Source of the DNA: Acidobacteriota bacterium
GTDB taxonomy: Bacteria; Acidobacteriota; Polarisedimenticolia; JAPUIV01
Direction of reading: 5' to 3'
Assembly (NCBI GenBank): GCA_027296665.1
Contig: JAPUIV010000200.1
Coordinates: forward strand, 1-30,434
DNA: 30,434 nucleotides
The position numbers and the translations under genes were made by a program. Every line of letters begins with the position of its first letter. Position 1 is the first letter of the stretch. The notes under the pieces are model-generated. The model was given only the letters and a program-made list of their open reading frames with translations. It was not told where the DNA came from and made no database searches. Of this stretch, positions 1-11,058 are shown piece after piece.

Positions 1-614
1 ACATCGAGGCAATCGATTTCCCCTGCCGCGGCCGCCTGGTACTTCAAAGCCTGTTGAAGCGCTCGCACATGGCCGAACTCCAGCCCGTATCGTCTTTTCA
101 GGCCGGGCAGGCCATCCTCACGTTCGATGAATTCGTACCCCAGCCCGGCCCGGAACCGATCCGAAACCTTGGCCAGATCGGAAATGGTCCGCAGACCCAA
201 CTCCCGGGCCAACCCCGAGGGAACGGCCAGTTCATAGGAATTCTCGAAACCGAGGGGCGGGAGCCAGTGCAGATCGTAGCGGCGCAGGAACTCCCTGCGA
301 ACCAGGTTCAAGGTAGTCGTCGGATTCCCCCCGGCCGTTTCGCCCAGTAGAGTGACGAGACCCGTCCCGGTGTACTCCGGGTAGAGATCGATCGCCCCGG
401 AGCGCAAGGCTTCAAAACAGACATGAGTGCCGGCCAGATTGAACTGCCGTTTCACCTCGAGATCCGTCCAGGCCTCCAGCAGGCGGGCGAACATCTCCGC
501 CAGGAGGCGGTTTTCGGCGAAGTTCTTGGAACCGATCACCACCTGGCCCTGGGTCGCGGCCGAGACCACCGAAACGCAGACAAGGAGCACCAGAATGAGG
601 CATACCTGTTTCAT
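1..614 (-). CDS. Glycine betaine/osmoprotectant ABC transporter substrate-binding protein (OpuBC/OsmX/YehZ-like); 3' end runs off the window
   Basis: Not in the ORF track; translated by hand from ATG at 614: [42 protein letters not shown]...GAIDLYPEYTGTGL...LGFENSYELAV. It has a signal peptide and the family motifs GSKNFxE and YPEYTGT. The start overlaps the ATPase stop (ATGA). Confidence 0.9.
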   Translation of the reverse strand, partial: MKQVCLILVLLVCVSVVSAATQGQVVIGSKNFAENRLLAEMFARLLEAWTDLEVKRQFNLAGTHVCFEALRSGAIDLYPEYTGTGLVTLLGETAGGNPTTTLNLVRREFLRRYDLHWLPPLGFENSYELAVPSGLARELGLRTISDLAKVSDRFRAGLGYEFIEREDGLPGLKRRYGLEFGHVRALQQALKYQAAAAGEIDCLD

Positions 615-1360
615 CGGCTCCCCGCCCCCCTCCTGGCCAACAGGGTTTTCACGTATGGATGAGTCGGATTGTCCCTCAACCGACCGGGAGTTTCAATCTG
701 GAGGATCTCCCCCCCCTTCATCACCGCGATCCGATCCCCCAGGCGGAACGCCTCTTCCAGGTCATGGGTGACCAGGACCATCGTCTTGGACAACCGCCGC
801 TTGAGAGAAAGGAATGCCTTCTGGAGGTCCAGGCGGGTCAAGGCATCGAGAGCACCGAACGGCTCGTCCAGGAGGATCACTTCCGGTTCCGCCGCCAGGG
901 CCCGGGCGAAAGCGACCCGTTGCCGCTGTCCTCCAGATAGTTCCCTCGGGTACCGGCCCAGAAAGAGATCGGGGGGCAGATCGACAAGATCGAGCAACTC
1001 CGCCACCCGGCGCTCCCGCCGCTCCCGGTCCCAGCCGAGAAGTTCCGGCACCAGGGCGACGTTTCGCGCCACGGTCCAGTGGGGCAAGAGGCCGCCTTCC
1101 TGCTGCACGTACCCGGTTTGGCGGCGCAGATCGATCGGGTTCCAGGAGACGGAGGGACGGCCCCGGATCCGGATCTTCCCCTCGCTCGGTTCCTCCAGCC
1201 GGTTGAAAAGGCGGAGCAAGGTCGTTTTTCCACAACCACTCTCGCCAATAAGGACAACGGTTTCCCCGGCCGCAACGGTCAGATTGATCTGGCGCAGCGC
1301 CCGGATCCCACCCGGATAGGTCTTGGAAACCTCTTGCGCCTCGAGAACGATTGGGTTCAT
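611..1360 (-). CDS. Osmoprotectant ABC transporter ATP-binding protein (OpuA/OsmV/ProV-like, no CBS domains)
   Basis: Walker [11 protein letters not shown]-loop [12 protein letters not shown], signature LSGGQRQR, Walker B ILLDEPF, H-loop VTHD. Start placed at MNPIVLE (1360); the ORF-track extension to 1753 overlaps copA antisense. Confidence 0.92.
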   Translation of the reverse strand: MNPIVLEAQEVSKTYPGGIRALRQINLTVAAGETVVLIGESGCGKTTLLRLFNRLEEPSEGKIRIRGRPSVSWNPIDLRRQTGYVQQEGGLLPHWTVARNVALVPELLGWDRERRERRVAELLDLVDLPPDLFLGRYPRELSGGQRQRVAFARALAAEPEVILLDEPFGALDALTRLDLQKAFLSLKRRLSKTMVLVTHDLEEAFRLGDRIAVMKGGEILQIETPGRLRDNPTHPYVKTLLARRGAGSR

Positions 1361-1391
1361 GAATGCAGCCCCGATTTTCTGGTGAACATTC

Positions 1392-1401
1392 ATGATATAA
1401 C
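1392..1401. promoter_or_regulatory. Candidate overlapping divergent -10 elements
   Basis: Plus strand TG-A-TATAAC (1393-1401, extended -10-like); minus strand TATCAT (1397-1392). Both lie in the 51-bp gap between divergent starts. Confidence 0.3.
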
Positions 1402-1411
1402 ATCGGAAATA

Positions 1412-3538
1412 ATGAACCATCCCGCCCTGCATACCTGCCCCATGCATCCCGGGGTGCGCCGGGATGGGCCCGGTGCCTGCCCCGAGTGCGGCATGGCCCT
1501 GGAGGCGCGTGTCCCCCCGGGCGGAAGGGAATCCAATCCGGAACTCGACGACATGTCCCGGCGGTTCTGGATCAGTTTGGGCCCGGCCTTGTTTCTTCTG
1601 CTGGTTTCGATGGCCGACATGTTCCCCGGCGCGCCTCTCGGGAAACTGTTCGCTCCCTCCCATCTCCGGTGGATTCAGTTCCTGGTCGCCACCCCGGTGG
1701 TGGTGTGGGGAGGCAAGCCGTTTTTCCAACGGTTCTGGGCCTCGGTGGTCCACCTGCGGCCCAACATGTTCACCCTGATAGGGCTGGGAACGGGAGCCGC
1801 CTATGGGTTCAGCGCCGTGGCCACCTGCTTTCCCGGTTGGTTCCCCGGCTCGTTCCGGGGACCGGCGGGGGAAGTCGCGGTCTACTTCGAATCGGCGGCG
1901 GTGATCACGGTCTTGGTCCTCCTGGGACAGGTCATGGAACTACGCGCCCGCAGCCGCACCGGCCAGGCTCTCCGGAGCCTGATGGGATTGGTCCCGAAAA
2001 CCGCTCTCCGGCACCGCCGGGATGGTACCGACCAGGAAGTCATGCTGGACCAGGTCCAGCCGGGTGATCTTCTCCGGGTCCGGCCGGGCGAAAAGATTCC
2101 CGTCGATGGATTAGTGCTGGAACAGGTTAGCTTCGTCGACGAGTCGATGCTCACGGGAGAAGCGGATCCGGTTGAAAAGAGTCCTGGTGACCGGGTGACG
2201 GGAGGAACCATCAACGGATCGGGTGCCTTCCTGATGCGGGCGGAACGGGTCGGCGATCAAACCCTCCTGGCGCAGATCGTGCGGATGGTCGGGGAGGCAC
2301 AGCGCAGCCGGGCGCCGATCCAGCGACAGGTCGATGTCGTGGCATCCTATTTTGTTCCGCTGGTGATCCTGACCGCCATTTTGACTTTCATTCTCTGGGG
2401 ATCGATTGGCCCCGAACCGTCCTGGGTGTACGCACTGGTGAATTCCGTGGCGGTCCTGATCATCGCCTGCCCTTGCGCCCTCGGCCTCGCCACCCCGATG
2501 TCGATCATGGTCGGTACCGGTATGGGGGCGGAATCGGGGATCCTGATCAGGAACGCCGAAGCGTTGGAAATCCTGGAAAAAGTCGATCTCCTTCTCATCG
2601 ACAAGACCGGCACCCTGACCCGGGGGAAACCGGCTCTCACCGGGGTGGATCCGGCGCCGGGTTTCACGGCCGAGGAAATCTTACGGCTTGCCGCCGGCCT
2701 GGAACGATCGAGCGAACATCCCCTTGCCCTGGCAATCCTGGCGGCAGCCCGGGAACGACAATTGGAACCTGCGATCGTCTCGGGAATCAAGTACAGTCCG
2801 GGCATCGGTCTGACCGGCATTTTCGAAGGGCAAACCGTTGCCCTGGGCAACCGATCCTTGCTTGAACGAACCGGCAGGGTCCCGGACGAACTCCTGAAAA
2901 AGGCGGAAAACCGGCGCCGGAAAGGGGAAACCGTCATCTTCCTGGCGCGGGACGGCCGCGCCGGCGGCATTCTGGCGGTGGCCGATCCGATCAAGGAGAC
3001 CACTCCCGAGGCGATACGGATGCTGCGCGATGATGGTCTCCGGATTGTCATGGTGACCGGCGATCACCCGGTCACGGCCGGGGCGGTGGCGCGGCAACTG
3101 GAGATCAACGAGGTGGAAGCGGGGATCCTTCCGGCGGAAAAGGGAGCGTTAGTGGAAAAATGGCAAAGATCGGGCCACCGGGTCGCCATGGCGGGGGACG
3201 GGATCAACGATTCCCCAGCCCTCGCCCGCGCGGAGGTCGGCATCGCCATGGGAACGGGGACCGATATCGCCATGGAAAGCGCCGGAGTCACCCTGGTGAA
3301 GGGAGACCTGCGGGGAATCGCGCGGGCCCGCCGCCTCAGCCGGGGAACCATGCGGAACATCCGCCAGAACCTGTTCTTCGCCTTTTTCTACAACTCGCTG
3401 GGAGTGCCGATTGCGGCCGGAATCCTCTATCCGCTTTTCGGCCTGCTCCTGAATCCCATGATCGCTGCGGCGGCCATGAGCCTCAGTTCGGTCACAGTAA
3501 TTACGAACGCGTTGAGGCTGCGGCGGTTGCGTTTGTGA
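1412..3538 (+). CDS. copA: Copper/silver-translocating P1B-1 type ATPase
   Basis: N-terminal heavy-metal-binding motif TCPMHP...[12 protein letters not shown] actuator, CPC in TM6, DKTGTLT phosphorylation site, [14 protein letters not shown] in TM7 and MSLSS in TM8. Start placed at MNHPAL (1412), in frame with the tracked ORF. Confidence 0.93.
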   Translation: MNHPALHTCPMHPGVRRDGPGACPECGMALEARVPPGGRESNPELDDMSRRFWISLGPALFLLLVSMADMFPGAPLGKLFAPSHLRWIQFLVATPVVVWGGKPFFQRFWASVVHLRPNMFTLIGLGTGAAYGFSAVATCFPGWFPGSFRGPAGEVAVYFESAAVITVLVLLGQVMELRARSRTGQALRSLMGLVPKTALRHRRDGTDQEVMLDQVQPGDLLRVRPGEKIPVDGLVLEQVSFVDESMLTGEADPVEKSPGDRVTGGTINGSGAFLMRAERVGDQTLLAQIVRMVGEAQRSRAPIQRQVDVVASYFVPLVILTAILTFILWGSIGPEPSWVYALVNSVAVLIIACPCALGLATPMSIMVGTGMGAESGILIRNAEALEILEKVDLLLIDKTGTLTRGKPALTGVDPAPGFTAEEILRLAAGLERSSEHPLALAILAAARERQLEPAIVSGIKYSPGIGLTGIFEGQTVALGNRSLLERTGRVPDELLKKAENRRRKGETVIFLARDGRAGGILAVADPIKETTPEAIRMLRDDGLRIVMVTGDHPVTAGAVARQLEINEVEAGILPAEKGALVEKWQRSGHRVAMAGDGINDSPALARAEVGIAMGTGTDIAMESAGVTLVKGDLRGIARARRLSRGTMRNIRQNLFFAFFYNSLGVPIAAGILYPLFGLLLNPMIAAAAMSLSSVTVITNALRLRRLRL

Positions 3539-6500
3539 CCGGGTTCAACCGGTCTCCCCGGAAGATTCCCACAATCCAGGTACCCAGGGTGTCCATGAGG
3601 AGATAGATATTCGGCAGGATCATGAGGGTGAGAACGGTCGAGGCGGCGAGCCCTCCCATGACGGTCCGGGCCAGGGGATAATAGTAGGCGCCGCCGACGT
3701 TGGATCCTCCCAGCGCCAGGGGGAGCATTCCGAGGATCGTGGTGATTGCCGTCATCAGGATCGGGCGCATCCTCTCCATCCCCCCCTGAATGATCGCCTC
3801 TTCCCTGGAAAGGCCCGCCTTCCGCAGGTTGTTCACGTGGTCGATCAACACGATGCCGTTGTTGACCACGATCCCCATCAGGATCAGTAACCCGATCTGG
3901 GCCATGAGGTTGAAGGGGGTTCCGGTGACCGTCAAGGTCCAGGACACTCCGGTGAAAGCGAAGGGGATGGAAAAGACAATCGAGAAGGGGTGAGCCAGAG
4001 ATTCGAACAGGGAAGCCATCACCAGATAGACCAGCGCCAGGGCCAGGAGGAAGTTGAACAGCATCTGCTGGTTGTCCTGTCCCTGTTCGAGGATCCGGTC
4101 GCCGAAGGACCAGCTGTATCCGGGCGGGTAACGGAACGAATCGAGAATGCCGGAAATTTTCTCCTTGACCTCTCCGAAGTCCTCCCCTTCATACACCCCG
4201 TATACCTGAACCTTCGTTTTCCGGTTCTCCCGGCGAATCTCGTCGAATTTCCGCACAATTTTGAAATCCGCGATATCCCCGAGCGGGACTCCCTTGCCGT
4301 TCGATCCCGCCAGCACCAGCCTCTTCAGATCCGCAACGTTCTCCCGATCTTTGGGATGCAGGGCCAGCAACACATCGACTTCCCGTTCACCGGTATTGAA
4401 TTTCCGGAGTTTCAGCCCCCCCAGAGTGAATCGAAATGCCTGGGCCATGTCGCTGGGGCTCACCCCGTACTTCCGAGCCCGTTCGCGGTCCAGGGTGACC
4501 TGAACCTCATTTTTTCCCGTTCGCGTTGAAGTCCGGATGTCGGTGATGTTTTCCAGGAGATTCAGGCGGCGGGCCGCTTCCTGGGCCAGGCCGTCCAGGA
4601 CCCCGGTATCCTCCCCGAATAATTTCACCGAAAAATAGGTGGAGTCCCCGCCGGTTTCCGAATCCTCAAAGAATTTCAGCTTGACGCCGGCAATGACGGG
4701 AAGCCTCTCTCTGATTTTCTTCCTGACCTCCTTCACCTCATCATCGCGAAAGTCATCGGTATTGAAGGTGATGACGGTGACGGCATGGTTTTCCTCGAAA
4801 TAGCTGTACACCGATTTGAAGTTGAACTCGTCCCGGATGGACCACAACTCCTCCTCCACCCGATCCACCGCATCCTCGGCGCCTGACTTGTAAACGAAGT
4901 CCTGGAAATCGTACAGGAGCGCAATCCGGCGATTGACCGTACCGGCGGACTGGGATGTGTTCAACCAGCCTAGAAATGCCGGTAAGAACCCGACGACGAG
5001 AAACCCGACGACCAGGAGAAAGGTGGTGAATTTATGCCGGAGGCTCCAGGTGAGAAAACTTCCGTACCGCCGGGTGAGCGACTCGATGAGCCGGGAGGGT
5101 TTTTTTACCTTCTTTACAAGGAGCCTGGACGCCATCCAGGGTATCAGGGTCAGGGACATGAAAAGAGAGCAAATCAACGCGACCGAGATCGAAAACCCCA
5201 TCTCGCCCAGCCAGACCGACAGTTCCGTCTTGGATCCCACGATGAGCGGCAGGAACACGATGACCGTGGTCAGGGTCGCAGCCTGGATGGCGGTCCGGAC
5301 CTCGGCGGCTCCCGCCACGGCGGAGCGTTTTGCATCCCCCGTCAGGCTGTGGTGGCGGTAGATCGATTCCAGGACGACAACCGCGTTGTCGACCAGCATG
5401 CCGACCCCCAGCATGAGCCCCATGAGGGAGAGGATATTGAAGTTTTTCCCCGCGAAGTACAGGATTGCGCAGGCGGAAATGATGGAAAAGGGAATCGACA
5501 GGCTCACGATCAAGGTCGTGTCGACCCGTCTCAAAAAGAAGTACAAGACGAGAACGGCAAACAGACCGCCCCACAGCCCGGCCTTCGACAGTCCCGACAG
5601 GGAAGAGGTGATCATCTCCGCCTGATCCTGCCAGACCAGCAGATCTATACCCTGGAGGAGGGAATCGTTGTCGATCTCTCCTTCTATGACCCGGGTAACA
5701 TCCCGGACCACGTCCACGGTATTGGCCGTCGATTCCTTGAACACCAGGAGGGCGATCGCCTTTTCGCGGTTCAGATGCCTGCCAAAGGTGAGAGGCGGCT
5801 CCCGGTAGGTAATATCGGCGATGTCCTCCAGGAGAAGGCCGTTCTCGTTCACCCGAAATTTTCGGATCGCCTCCAGGTCCTCGAAGGCGCCTATCACCCG
5901 GGCATTGTAGCGCAGGCCATCTGCCTCAATCTTCCCGAGCGACAGGTTGAAGTTCGCCGCCTGGAGTCCGGAGATCAGTTTGTTGAGGTCAACCCGGTAC
6001 TCCTGGATCTCGGCAAGGAGAAGCCGGATCCGGATCTCCCTGGGCGCCACTCCGTGCAGGTCGACCTTGGCAACCCCCTTGACCCGGCGTATTCGGTTGA
6101 TGATCCGCTTCTCGAGGAGGTCGTAGTTCTGGGACAGATCGACTCCCTTGGCGGAGATGCGCGCCTCGATGATTGGAATGTCCTCGGAGCTGAAATTGAA
6201 GATCATAATCTCGCCGATATCGTCCGGCAGGCTGCTCTTGACCAGCTCGATCTTCTCGCCCACCTGCATGCGCAGCAGATCGATCTCCTGGCCCCAATCA
6301 AATTCCATTCCGACAAAGGCCCCATCCGGGCCGGAGGTGGAGAAGATCTTCTTGATGCCGCTGAGGGTGCTGAGCATCTCCTCGACAGGTTTTGTGATCT
6401 CTTTTTCCACCTGGATTGGATTGGAGTTCTGAAAGGGGATCGAAACGCCGATGAAGGGAAAGTCGACGACGGGAAGGAAAGCGAGCTGCATGCGGGAAAT

Positions 6501-6584
6501 CGAAATCAAGCCGAGAAGCAGGACGGAAACGAGGATCATCATCGTCGTCACCGGCTTTTTCACGGCGAGTTTGGGAAGGTTCAC
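3501..6584 (-). CDS. RND efflux transporter permease subunit (AcrB/AcrD/AcrF family), paralog 2
   Basis: 1027 aa with two large periplasmic loops; TM4 [14 protein letters not shown]; TM10-11 [12 protein letters not shown]...RMRPILMT. Confidence 0.95.
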   Translation of the reverse strand: MNLPKLAVKKPVTTMMILVSVLLLGLISISRMQLAFLPVVDFPFIGVSIPFQNSNPIQVEKEITKPVEEMLSTLSGIKKIFSTSGPDGAFVGMEFDWGQEIDLLRMQVGEKIELVKSSLPDDIGEIMIFNFSSEDIPIIEARISAKGVDLSQNYDLLEKRIINRIRRVKGVAKVDLHGVAPREIRIRLLLAEIQEYRVDLNKLISGLQAANFNLSLGKIEADGLRYNARVIGAFEDLEAIRKFRVNENGLLLEDIADITYREPPLTFGRHLNREKAIALLVFKESTANTVDVVRDVTRVIEGEIDNDSLLQGIDLLVWQDQAEMITSSLSGLSKAGLWGGLFAVLVLYFFLRRVDTTLIVSLSIPFSIISACAILYFAGKNFNILSLMGLMLGVGMLVDNAVVVLESIYRHHSLTGDAKRSAVAGAAEVRTAIQAATLTTVIVFLPLIVGSKTELSVWLGEMGFSISVALICSLFMSLTLIPWMASRLLVKKVKKPSRLIESLTRRYGSFLTWSLRHKFTTFLLVVGFLVVGFLPAFLGWLNTSQSAGTVNRRIALLYDFQDFVYKSGAEDAVDRVEEELWSIRDEFNFKSVYSYFEENHAVTVITFNTDDFRDDEVKEVRKKIRERLPVIAGVKLKFFEDSETGGDSTYFSVKLFGEDTGVLDGLAQEAARRLNLLENITDIRTSTRTGKNEVQVTLDRERARKYGVSPSDMAQAFRFTLGGLKLRKFNTGEREVDVLLALHPKDRENVADLKRLVLAGSNGKGVPLGDIADFKIVRKFDEIRRENRKTKVQVYGVYEGEDFGEVKEKISGILDSFRYPPGYSWSFGDRILEQGQDNQQMLFNFLLALALVYLVMASLFESLAHPFSIVFSIPFAFTGVSWTLTVTGTPFNLMAQIGLLILMGIVVNNGIVLIDHVNNLRKAGLSREEAIIQGGMERMRPILMTAITTILGMLPLALGGSNVGGAYYYPLARTVMGGLAASTVLTLMILPNIYLLMDTLGTWIVGIFRGDRLNPVTNATAAASTRS

Positions 6585-9500
6585 AACTCCTCCACGGCCG
6601 GCAGGGTTTCCCGCCGGTCCAGCAGGGCATAGGCGGAGGGGATCACCACCAGGGTCAAGACGGTTGAGGTCAGGAGCCCCCCGATGACCGTGATGGCAAG
6701 AGGGGCGCGCAACTCGGCGCCTTCGCCGAGACCGATCGCCAGCGGCAGCAGGCCCAGAACGGTGGTGGCGCTGGTCATGAGAATGGGGCGGAGCCGCACC
6801 CGTCCGGCCTCGCGGATGGCGTCCAGCTTTTTCATCCCTTCACGCCGGAAATTATTGATGCAATCGATGAGAACGATGGCGTTATTGACCACGATACCGG
6901 AAAGCATCACGGTCCCGATCATCACAACAACGCTCACCGCCTGCCCGGTGATCAAAAGGGCGAAAATAACACCGATCAATCCGAACGGAACCGAGAAGAT
7001 CACGATCAGGGGATGCAGGAACGATTCGAATTGCGAGGCCATCACCAGGTAGACCAGGAATATCGCCAGCAGCAGGGCAAAGAAAAGAGATCGGAACGAA
7101 CTCCGCATCTCCTCGTTCTGGCCGCTCAGGGTAGCCAGGACATCCCCCGGAATGGGGTGGGAACGGAGAATCGCCTCGATATCGGAGGCGACCGAGCCGA
7201 GGTCCCTCCCGTCCAGGTTTCCCGAAATCACCGCGGCCCGCTTCTGACCGATCCGCCGGATTTCGCCCGGCCCGCGTTCCACCCGGAACTCGGCAATCGA
7301 CTTCAGAAAAATCGGCCGGTCCTGCCGTTGCTGGATGACCGTGTTCCGGATCTTATCGAGAGTCGATTCGGTCAGAACCGCGGATCGAACCAGAATGTCG
7401 ATCTCCCTGTCCCCCTCGGAGAGGTGCGTGGCTCTTACCCCCTTCACCTTGTTCTTCAGGGCATTGGCTACCTGGAACATGTCCAGGTTCATCCTGGCGA
7501 TCTTTTCCCGGTCAAACCGGATCTGGAGCTCCGGGTTCCCTCCCTCCATGGTGGAACGCACGTCGGCCAGTCCGGGCAGGGCGGCAATCTTGGGCAATAG
7601 TTCCGCGGAAACCGACCGGAGATCTTCGAGGTTGTTGGCATAAATCTCCACCTCGACGGGGGTTTTGAAACTGAAGAAGGTCGGCCGGAAAAATTTGTAA
7701 GTCATGTTGGGCATCCGGTCGAGCTCCTCCCGGATGGCGAGAATGGCGTTCTCCTCCGCTTCCCGATCGGCAGGGTTGGCCATCCGGATATGGATCTGCC
7801 CGACGTTCTCTCCCTCGGTGCCGACGCTGGTCAGGCCCAGGCCCGCTCCTCCCATGGTCCCGGAGAAATGGGCAATCCCGGCAAGCGGGACCACCGCTTT
7901 CTCGATTCTTTCCAGGTAGCGATTGGATACCTCCAGAGGAGTCCCTTCGGGCAGTTCCAGACCAAAACTGAACTCCCCCTGGGACATGGCGGGAACAAGT
8001 TCGAAGCCGAGACCACCGCTGCCGAGAAAGGAGATCCCGAGAACGGCGAAACTCAGGACCACTACCATCTCCTTCCGGCGGAGGGCGGCCTCGAGGAATG
8101 CGGGATAGAACCGGCTCATTCGCCCGAGCAAGAGGTCGAAGAGAAAGGTGATCGGCCGCATGAGTTGCCACAAAAACCAGCCGACCCCGCGGAACGCAAC
8201 CTTGATACCCGCCACCACAATTGTGGGCAGGTACACGAAGAAGAATGCCGCTACGACCCGGATTCCCTTTCGCCATCCTCGGGGGCCGGGATCGGTTGGC
8301 GCCGCCGGAACCGGGACGGGCTGTCCGGCGCCGAGAGAGGACATCACCGGGATCAGGGTCAGGGCGACGGCCAGGGAAGCGAGAAGGGAGAAGGTGACCG
8401 TGAGGGCCAGATCCCGGAACAGCTGGGCGGCAATCCCCTGGACGAAGATGATCGGAACGAATACTGCCACGGTCGTCAGGGTGGAGGCGACAACGGCCTT
8501 GCCCACCGATCCGGCCCCTTCGGTGGCGGCGCGCCGGGCGTCCTTCCCCTCCTGGCGTTTGCGGAAAATCGCCTCCAGGACCACGATGGAGTTGTCGACC
8601 AGCATACCCACTCCGAGAGCCAATCCCCCGAGGGACATGATGTTCAGGGAAATGTCCATCTGGTACATGAGAAAGAAAGAGGCGACCAGGGAGATCGGAA
8701 TGGACAGGCTGATGATCACGGTACTGCGCAGATCCTTGAGAAACAGGAACAGGACGAAGATGGCGATCAGGCCACCTATGGCAGCCGAGGTGATCACCTC
8801 CCGGATCGATTGCTCGATGAAACGCGACTGGTCGAGCACCGTGTCAATCTCAATGTTTTCGGGCAGTTCCTTCTTGATGGCTTCCAACCGGGATCGAATC
8901 CTCCGAGCCACCTGAACGGTGTTGGCGTCCCCTTCCTTGTAGATCGCCATCTCCACGCTTTCGAATCCTCCGGAGCGTGTAATGACTTCCCGTTCCCTGT
9001 GGCCCCGGTAGACCCGGGCCACGTCCCGCAGGTATACCTTGCGGTTTCCCTCAGCCTTCAGAACCGTTTGGAGAATGTCTTCCAGGTTCTGGAATTCGTT
9101 GTTGGTCCGCACCAGGTACCGGGCCTCATCCTCATACAGGCTCCCGCCCGCCAGATTGATGTTGTCCCGTTTCAAAGCCTGGACCACCATGTCGATATTC
9201 AAATTCATCAGATGGAGTTTCCGGTCATCGACCTCGACCTGGATTTCCTCTTCATATCCGCCATTGATCTTCACCGCGGCCAGTCCCTCGATCGATTCCA
9301 GATCTTTCTTGACGACCTCCTCGGCCAGGTATCGGAGCCGGATCAAGTTCTTTTCGCCGGAAAGGTGAACCCTCATGATCGGATCATTCGAGGGGTCAAA
9401 CCGGAGAATGTTGGGCCGATCGGCATCCTCGGGGAGGAACACGAGGTCAAGTTTCTGGCGCACATCGAGGCTGGCGAAATCCATGTTCCGGTCCCAGTCG

Positions 9501-9784
9501 AATTCGAGCGTCACCTGGGAAATTCCCGGCCGAGACCTCGAGTAAATCCGCTGCACGCCGGTGACCACGCCGACCGCTTCCTCCACCGGGCGGGAGATCA
9601 GGCTTTCCACCTCGGCCGGCGCGGCACCCGGGTATTTAGTCTCGATGGTGAGGGTGGGATAGGAGATGTCGGGAAGGAGATTGATCGGCAGGCGCCCGAA
9701 GGCGACCAACCCGAAAATCACCACCGCGACGGTGAACATGAACACGCTGACGGGGCGCCGAATGGAAAATCCAACTATTTTCAT
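6581..9784 (-). CDS. RND efflux transporter permease subunit (AcrB/AcrD/AcrF family), paralog 1
   Basis: 1067 aa; RRPV N-terminus, TM4 [26 protein letters not shown]...RLRPILMT. Its stop overlaps the start of the next permease (ATGA). Confidence 0.95.
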   Translation of the reverse strand: MKIVGFSIRRPVSVFMFTVAVVIFGLVAFGRLPINLLPDISYPTLTIETKYPGAAPAEVESLISRPVEEAVGVVTGVQRIYSRSRPGISQVTLEFDWDRNMDFASLDVRQKLDLVFLPEDADRPNILRFDPSNDPIMRVHLSGEKNLIRLRYLAEEVVKKDLESIEGLAAVKINGGYEEEIQVEVDDRKLHLMNLNIDMVVQALKRDNINLAGGSLYEDEARYLVRTNNEFQNLEDILQTVLKAEGNRKVYLRDVARVYRGHREREVITRSGGFESVEMAIYKEGDANTVQVARRIRSRLEAIKKELPENIEIDTVLDQSRFIEQSIREVITSAAIGGLIAIFVLFLFLKDLRSTVIISLSIPISLVASFFLMYQMDISLNIMSLGGLALGVGMLVDNSIVVLEAIFRKRQEGKDARRAATEGAGSVGKAVVASTLTTVAVFVPIIFVQGIAAQLFRDLALTVTFSLLASLAVALTLIPVMSSLGAGQPVPVPAAPTDPGPRGWRKGIRVVAAFFFVYLPTIVVAGIKVAFRGVGWFLWQLMRPITFLFDLLLGRMSRFYPAFLEAALRRKEMVVVLSFAVLGISFLGSGGLGFELVPAMSQGEFSFGLELPEGTPLEVSNRYLERIEKAVVPLAGIAHFSGTMGGAGLGLTSVGTEGENVGQIHIRMANPADREAEENAILAIREELDRMPNMTYKFFRPTFFSFKTPVEVEIYANNLEDLRSVSAELLPKIAALPGLADVRSTMEGGNPELQIRFDREKIARMNLDMFQVANALKNKVKGVRATHLSEGDREIDILVRSAVLTESTLDKIRNTVIQQRQDRPIFLKSIAEFRVERGPGEIRRIGQKRAAVISGNLDGRDLGSVASDIEAILRSHPIPGDVLATLSGQNEEMRSSFRSLFFALLLAIFLVYLVMASQFESFLHPLIVIFSVPFGLIGVIFALLITGQAVSVVVMIGTVMLSGIVVNNAIVLIDCINNFRREGMKKLDAIREAGRVRLRPILMTSATTVLGLLPLAIGLGEGAELRAPLAITVIGGLLTSTVLTLVVIPSAYALLDRRETLPAVEEL

Positions 9785-9839
9785 CGTATGGTTTCAAAGG
9801 GGGAAAACGAAGCCGGCAAAACGAACCGAATGGCCGGAT

Positions 9840-11048
9840 TCAAGCGTCGATGATCTCGACCGGGGTGCCGTCCTTCAAACCGCCCTGGCCAACGGTCACG
9901 ATCCGTTCCCCGTTTTCCAGGCCGGAAAGGATCTCCACATAACCGTTCTCCTCGAACCCGATCACCACTTTTCTCTTGCTGGCCTCCTCGCCGTTGACCA
10001 CGAAGACAAAGTTTTCCTGCAGGTCCCGGATCAAGGCCTTGCGGGGAACCGTCAGGGCAAGGGTGTGGGTTTCCCGCACGATGTTTACCGTCACGAAAGA
10101 GCCAGGCCGGACATTGCCGGGAATCTTGGGAACCTTCACGGTGACTTTGACGGTCCCGGTGTTGGGATCGACAACGGGCGAGATCAAGGATATTTCCCCG
10201 CGAAACGGGGCATCATCGATCGCATTCAGGGCCATCATTACCGGGTCGCCGATCTGAAGATCGAGAACATCCTTCTCCGGAAGAAAAATTTTGGCAATCA
10301 GGGATGCACGGCTCACCAGGGAGAAGACGGGATCGGACGGTTTTACCCGTGCCCCTTCCTTGACCAGGCGCTCCGACACAATCCCCGCGAAGGGGGCCCG
10401 GATCTCGGTCCGGGACAGAAGATAGGCCGCCGCCTCCTGTTCCTGGCGGGCAACCTGGAACGCATAGTCAACCTTATCGAAATCCTCCTGGCTGATCAGA
10501 CTGGAGGATTGCATCCGTTGTACCCGCTTAAAATTGTTCTGTTCACTCTGAACTTTCAGTGCCGCCTTTCTCAGATTGATCCGTTTGTCCCCTTCATCCA
10601 GCCGCGCCAGGATATCTCCCTTATTCACCCAGTCGCCTTCCTCCACCAGAAGCTGGACCACCAGGCCCTCGATCTCCGCCAGAACCTGGGCCTCGTTCTC
10701 GGCTTCCAGATTGGCCGTGGTTGAAAGGTAGGAAGAGATCGGTTTCGATTTCACCTCTGAAATTTCGACAGGAACGGGATCGATCTCCGGCTCATTTTCT
10801 TCCCCCTCTTTCTCCTCTCCCTTCTTCTCCACTCCCTCTTTCCCCTTCTCTCCCGCTTCCGAATCCGATTTTTCCGTGTCTTTCACGGAGGCTTCTTCCC
10901 CGGAGGCATCGGCGGTCTCAGCTGCGGTTGAGGAATTACCGAAAGTCGAAAAGGAGATGAGGGAAACGGTACCGGCTACCGCCAGGAAGGCGACAACCAG
11001 GAATATCCACCAAAGACGTTTTGATTTCTTGGGGACGACGGGCATCAT
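9840..11048 (-). CDS. RND efflux periplasmic adaptor (membrane fusion protein)
   Basis: N-terminal TM anchor, biotinyl-like VEEGDWVNKGDILARLD, alpha-hairpin, IRAPFAGIVSER, SPVVDPNTGTVKV. SD AGGAG upstream. Confidence 0.93.
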   Translation of the reverse strand: MMPVVPKKSKRLWWIFLVVAFLAVAGTVSLISFSTFGNSSTAAETADASGEEASVKDTEKSDSEAGEKGKEGVEKKGEEKEGEENEPEIDPVPVEISEVKSKPISSYLSTTANLEAENEAQVLAEIEGLVVQLLVEEGDWVNKGDILARLDEGDKRINLRKAALKVQSEQNNFKRVQRMQSSSLISQEDFDKVDYAFQVARQEQEAAAYLLSRTEIRAPFAGIVSERLVKEGARVKPSDPVFSLVSRASLIAKIFLPEKDVLDLQIGDPVMMALNAIDDAPFRGEISLISPVVDPNTGTVKVTVKVPKIPGNVRPGSFVTVNIVRETHTLALTVPRKALIRDLQENFVFVVNGEEASKRKVVIGFEENGYVEILSGLENGERIVTVGQGGLKDGTPVEIIDA

Positions 11049-11058
11049 ATTCTCCTAC

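Noticed and set aside
1079-1411. N-terminal extension of the copA ORF, and the reciprocal extension of the ABC ATPase ORF to 1753
   Set aside because: Each extension is the antisense of the other gene; recognisable domains begin at 1412 (+) and 1360 (-).
9785-9839. 55-bp spacer between MFP and the first permease, with AAAACGAA repeated twice and a CCGGC/GCCGG stem
   Set aside because: Only a 5-bp stem with a 15-nt loop and a two-copy 8-mer; within chance expectation.
5034-10724. Long plus-strand ORFs (532, 687 and 352 aa) opposite the RND genes
   Set aside because: No motifs; antisense shadows typical of GC-rich coding DNA.
1412-11048. A Cus/Sil-type copper efflux island (CopA + RND)
   Set aside because: The permeases lack CusA-type motifs, there is no CusF, CusC or CusRS, and the units are convergent.
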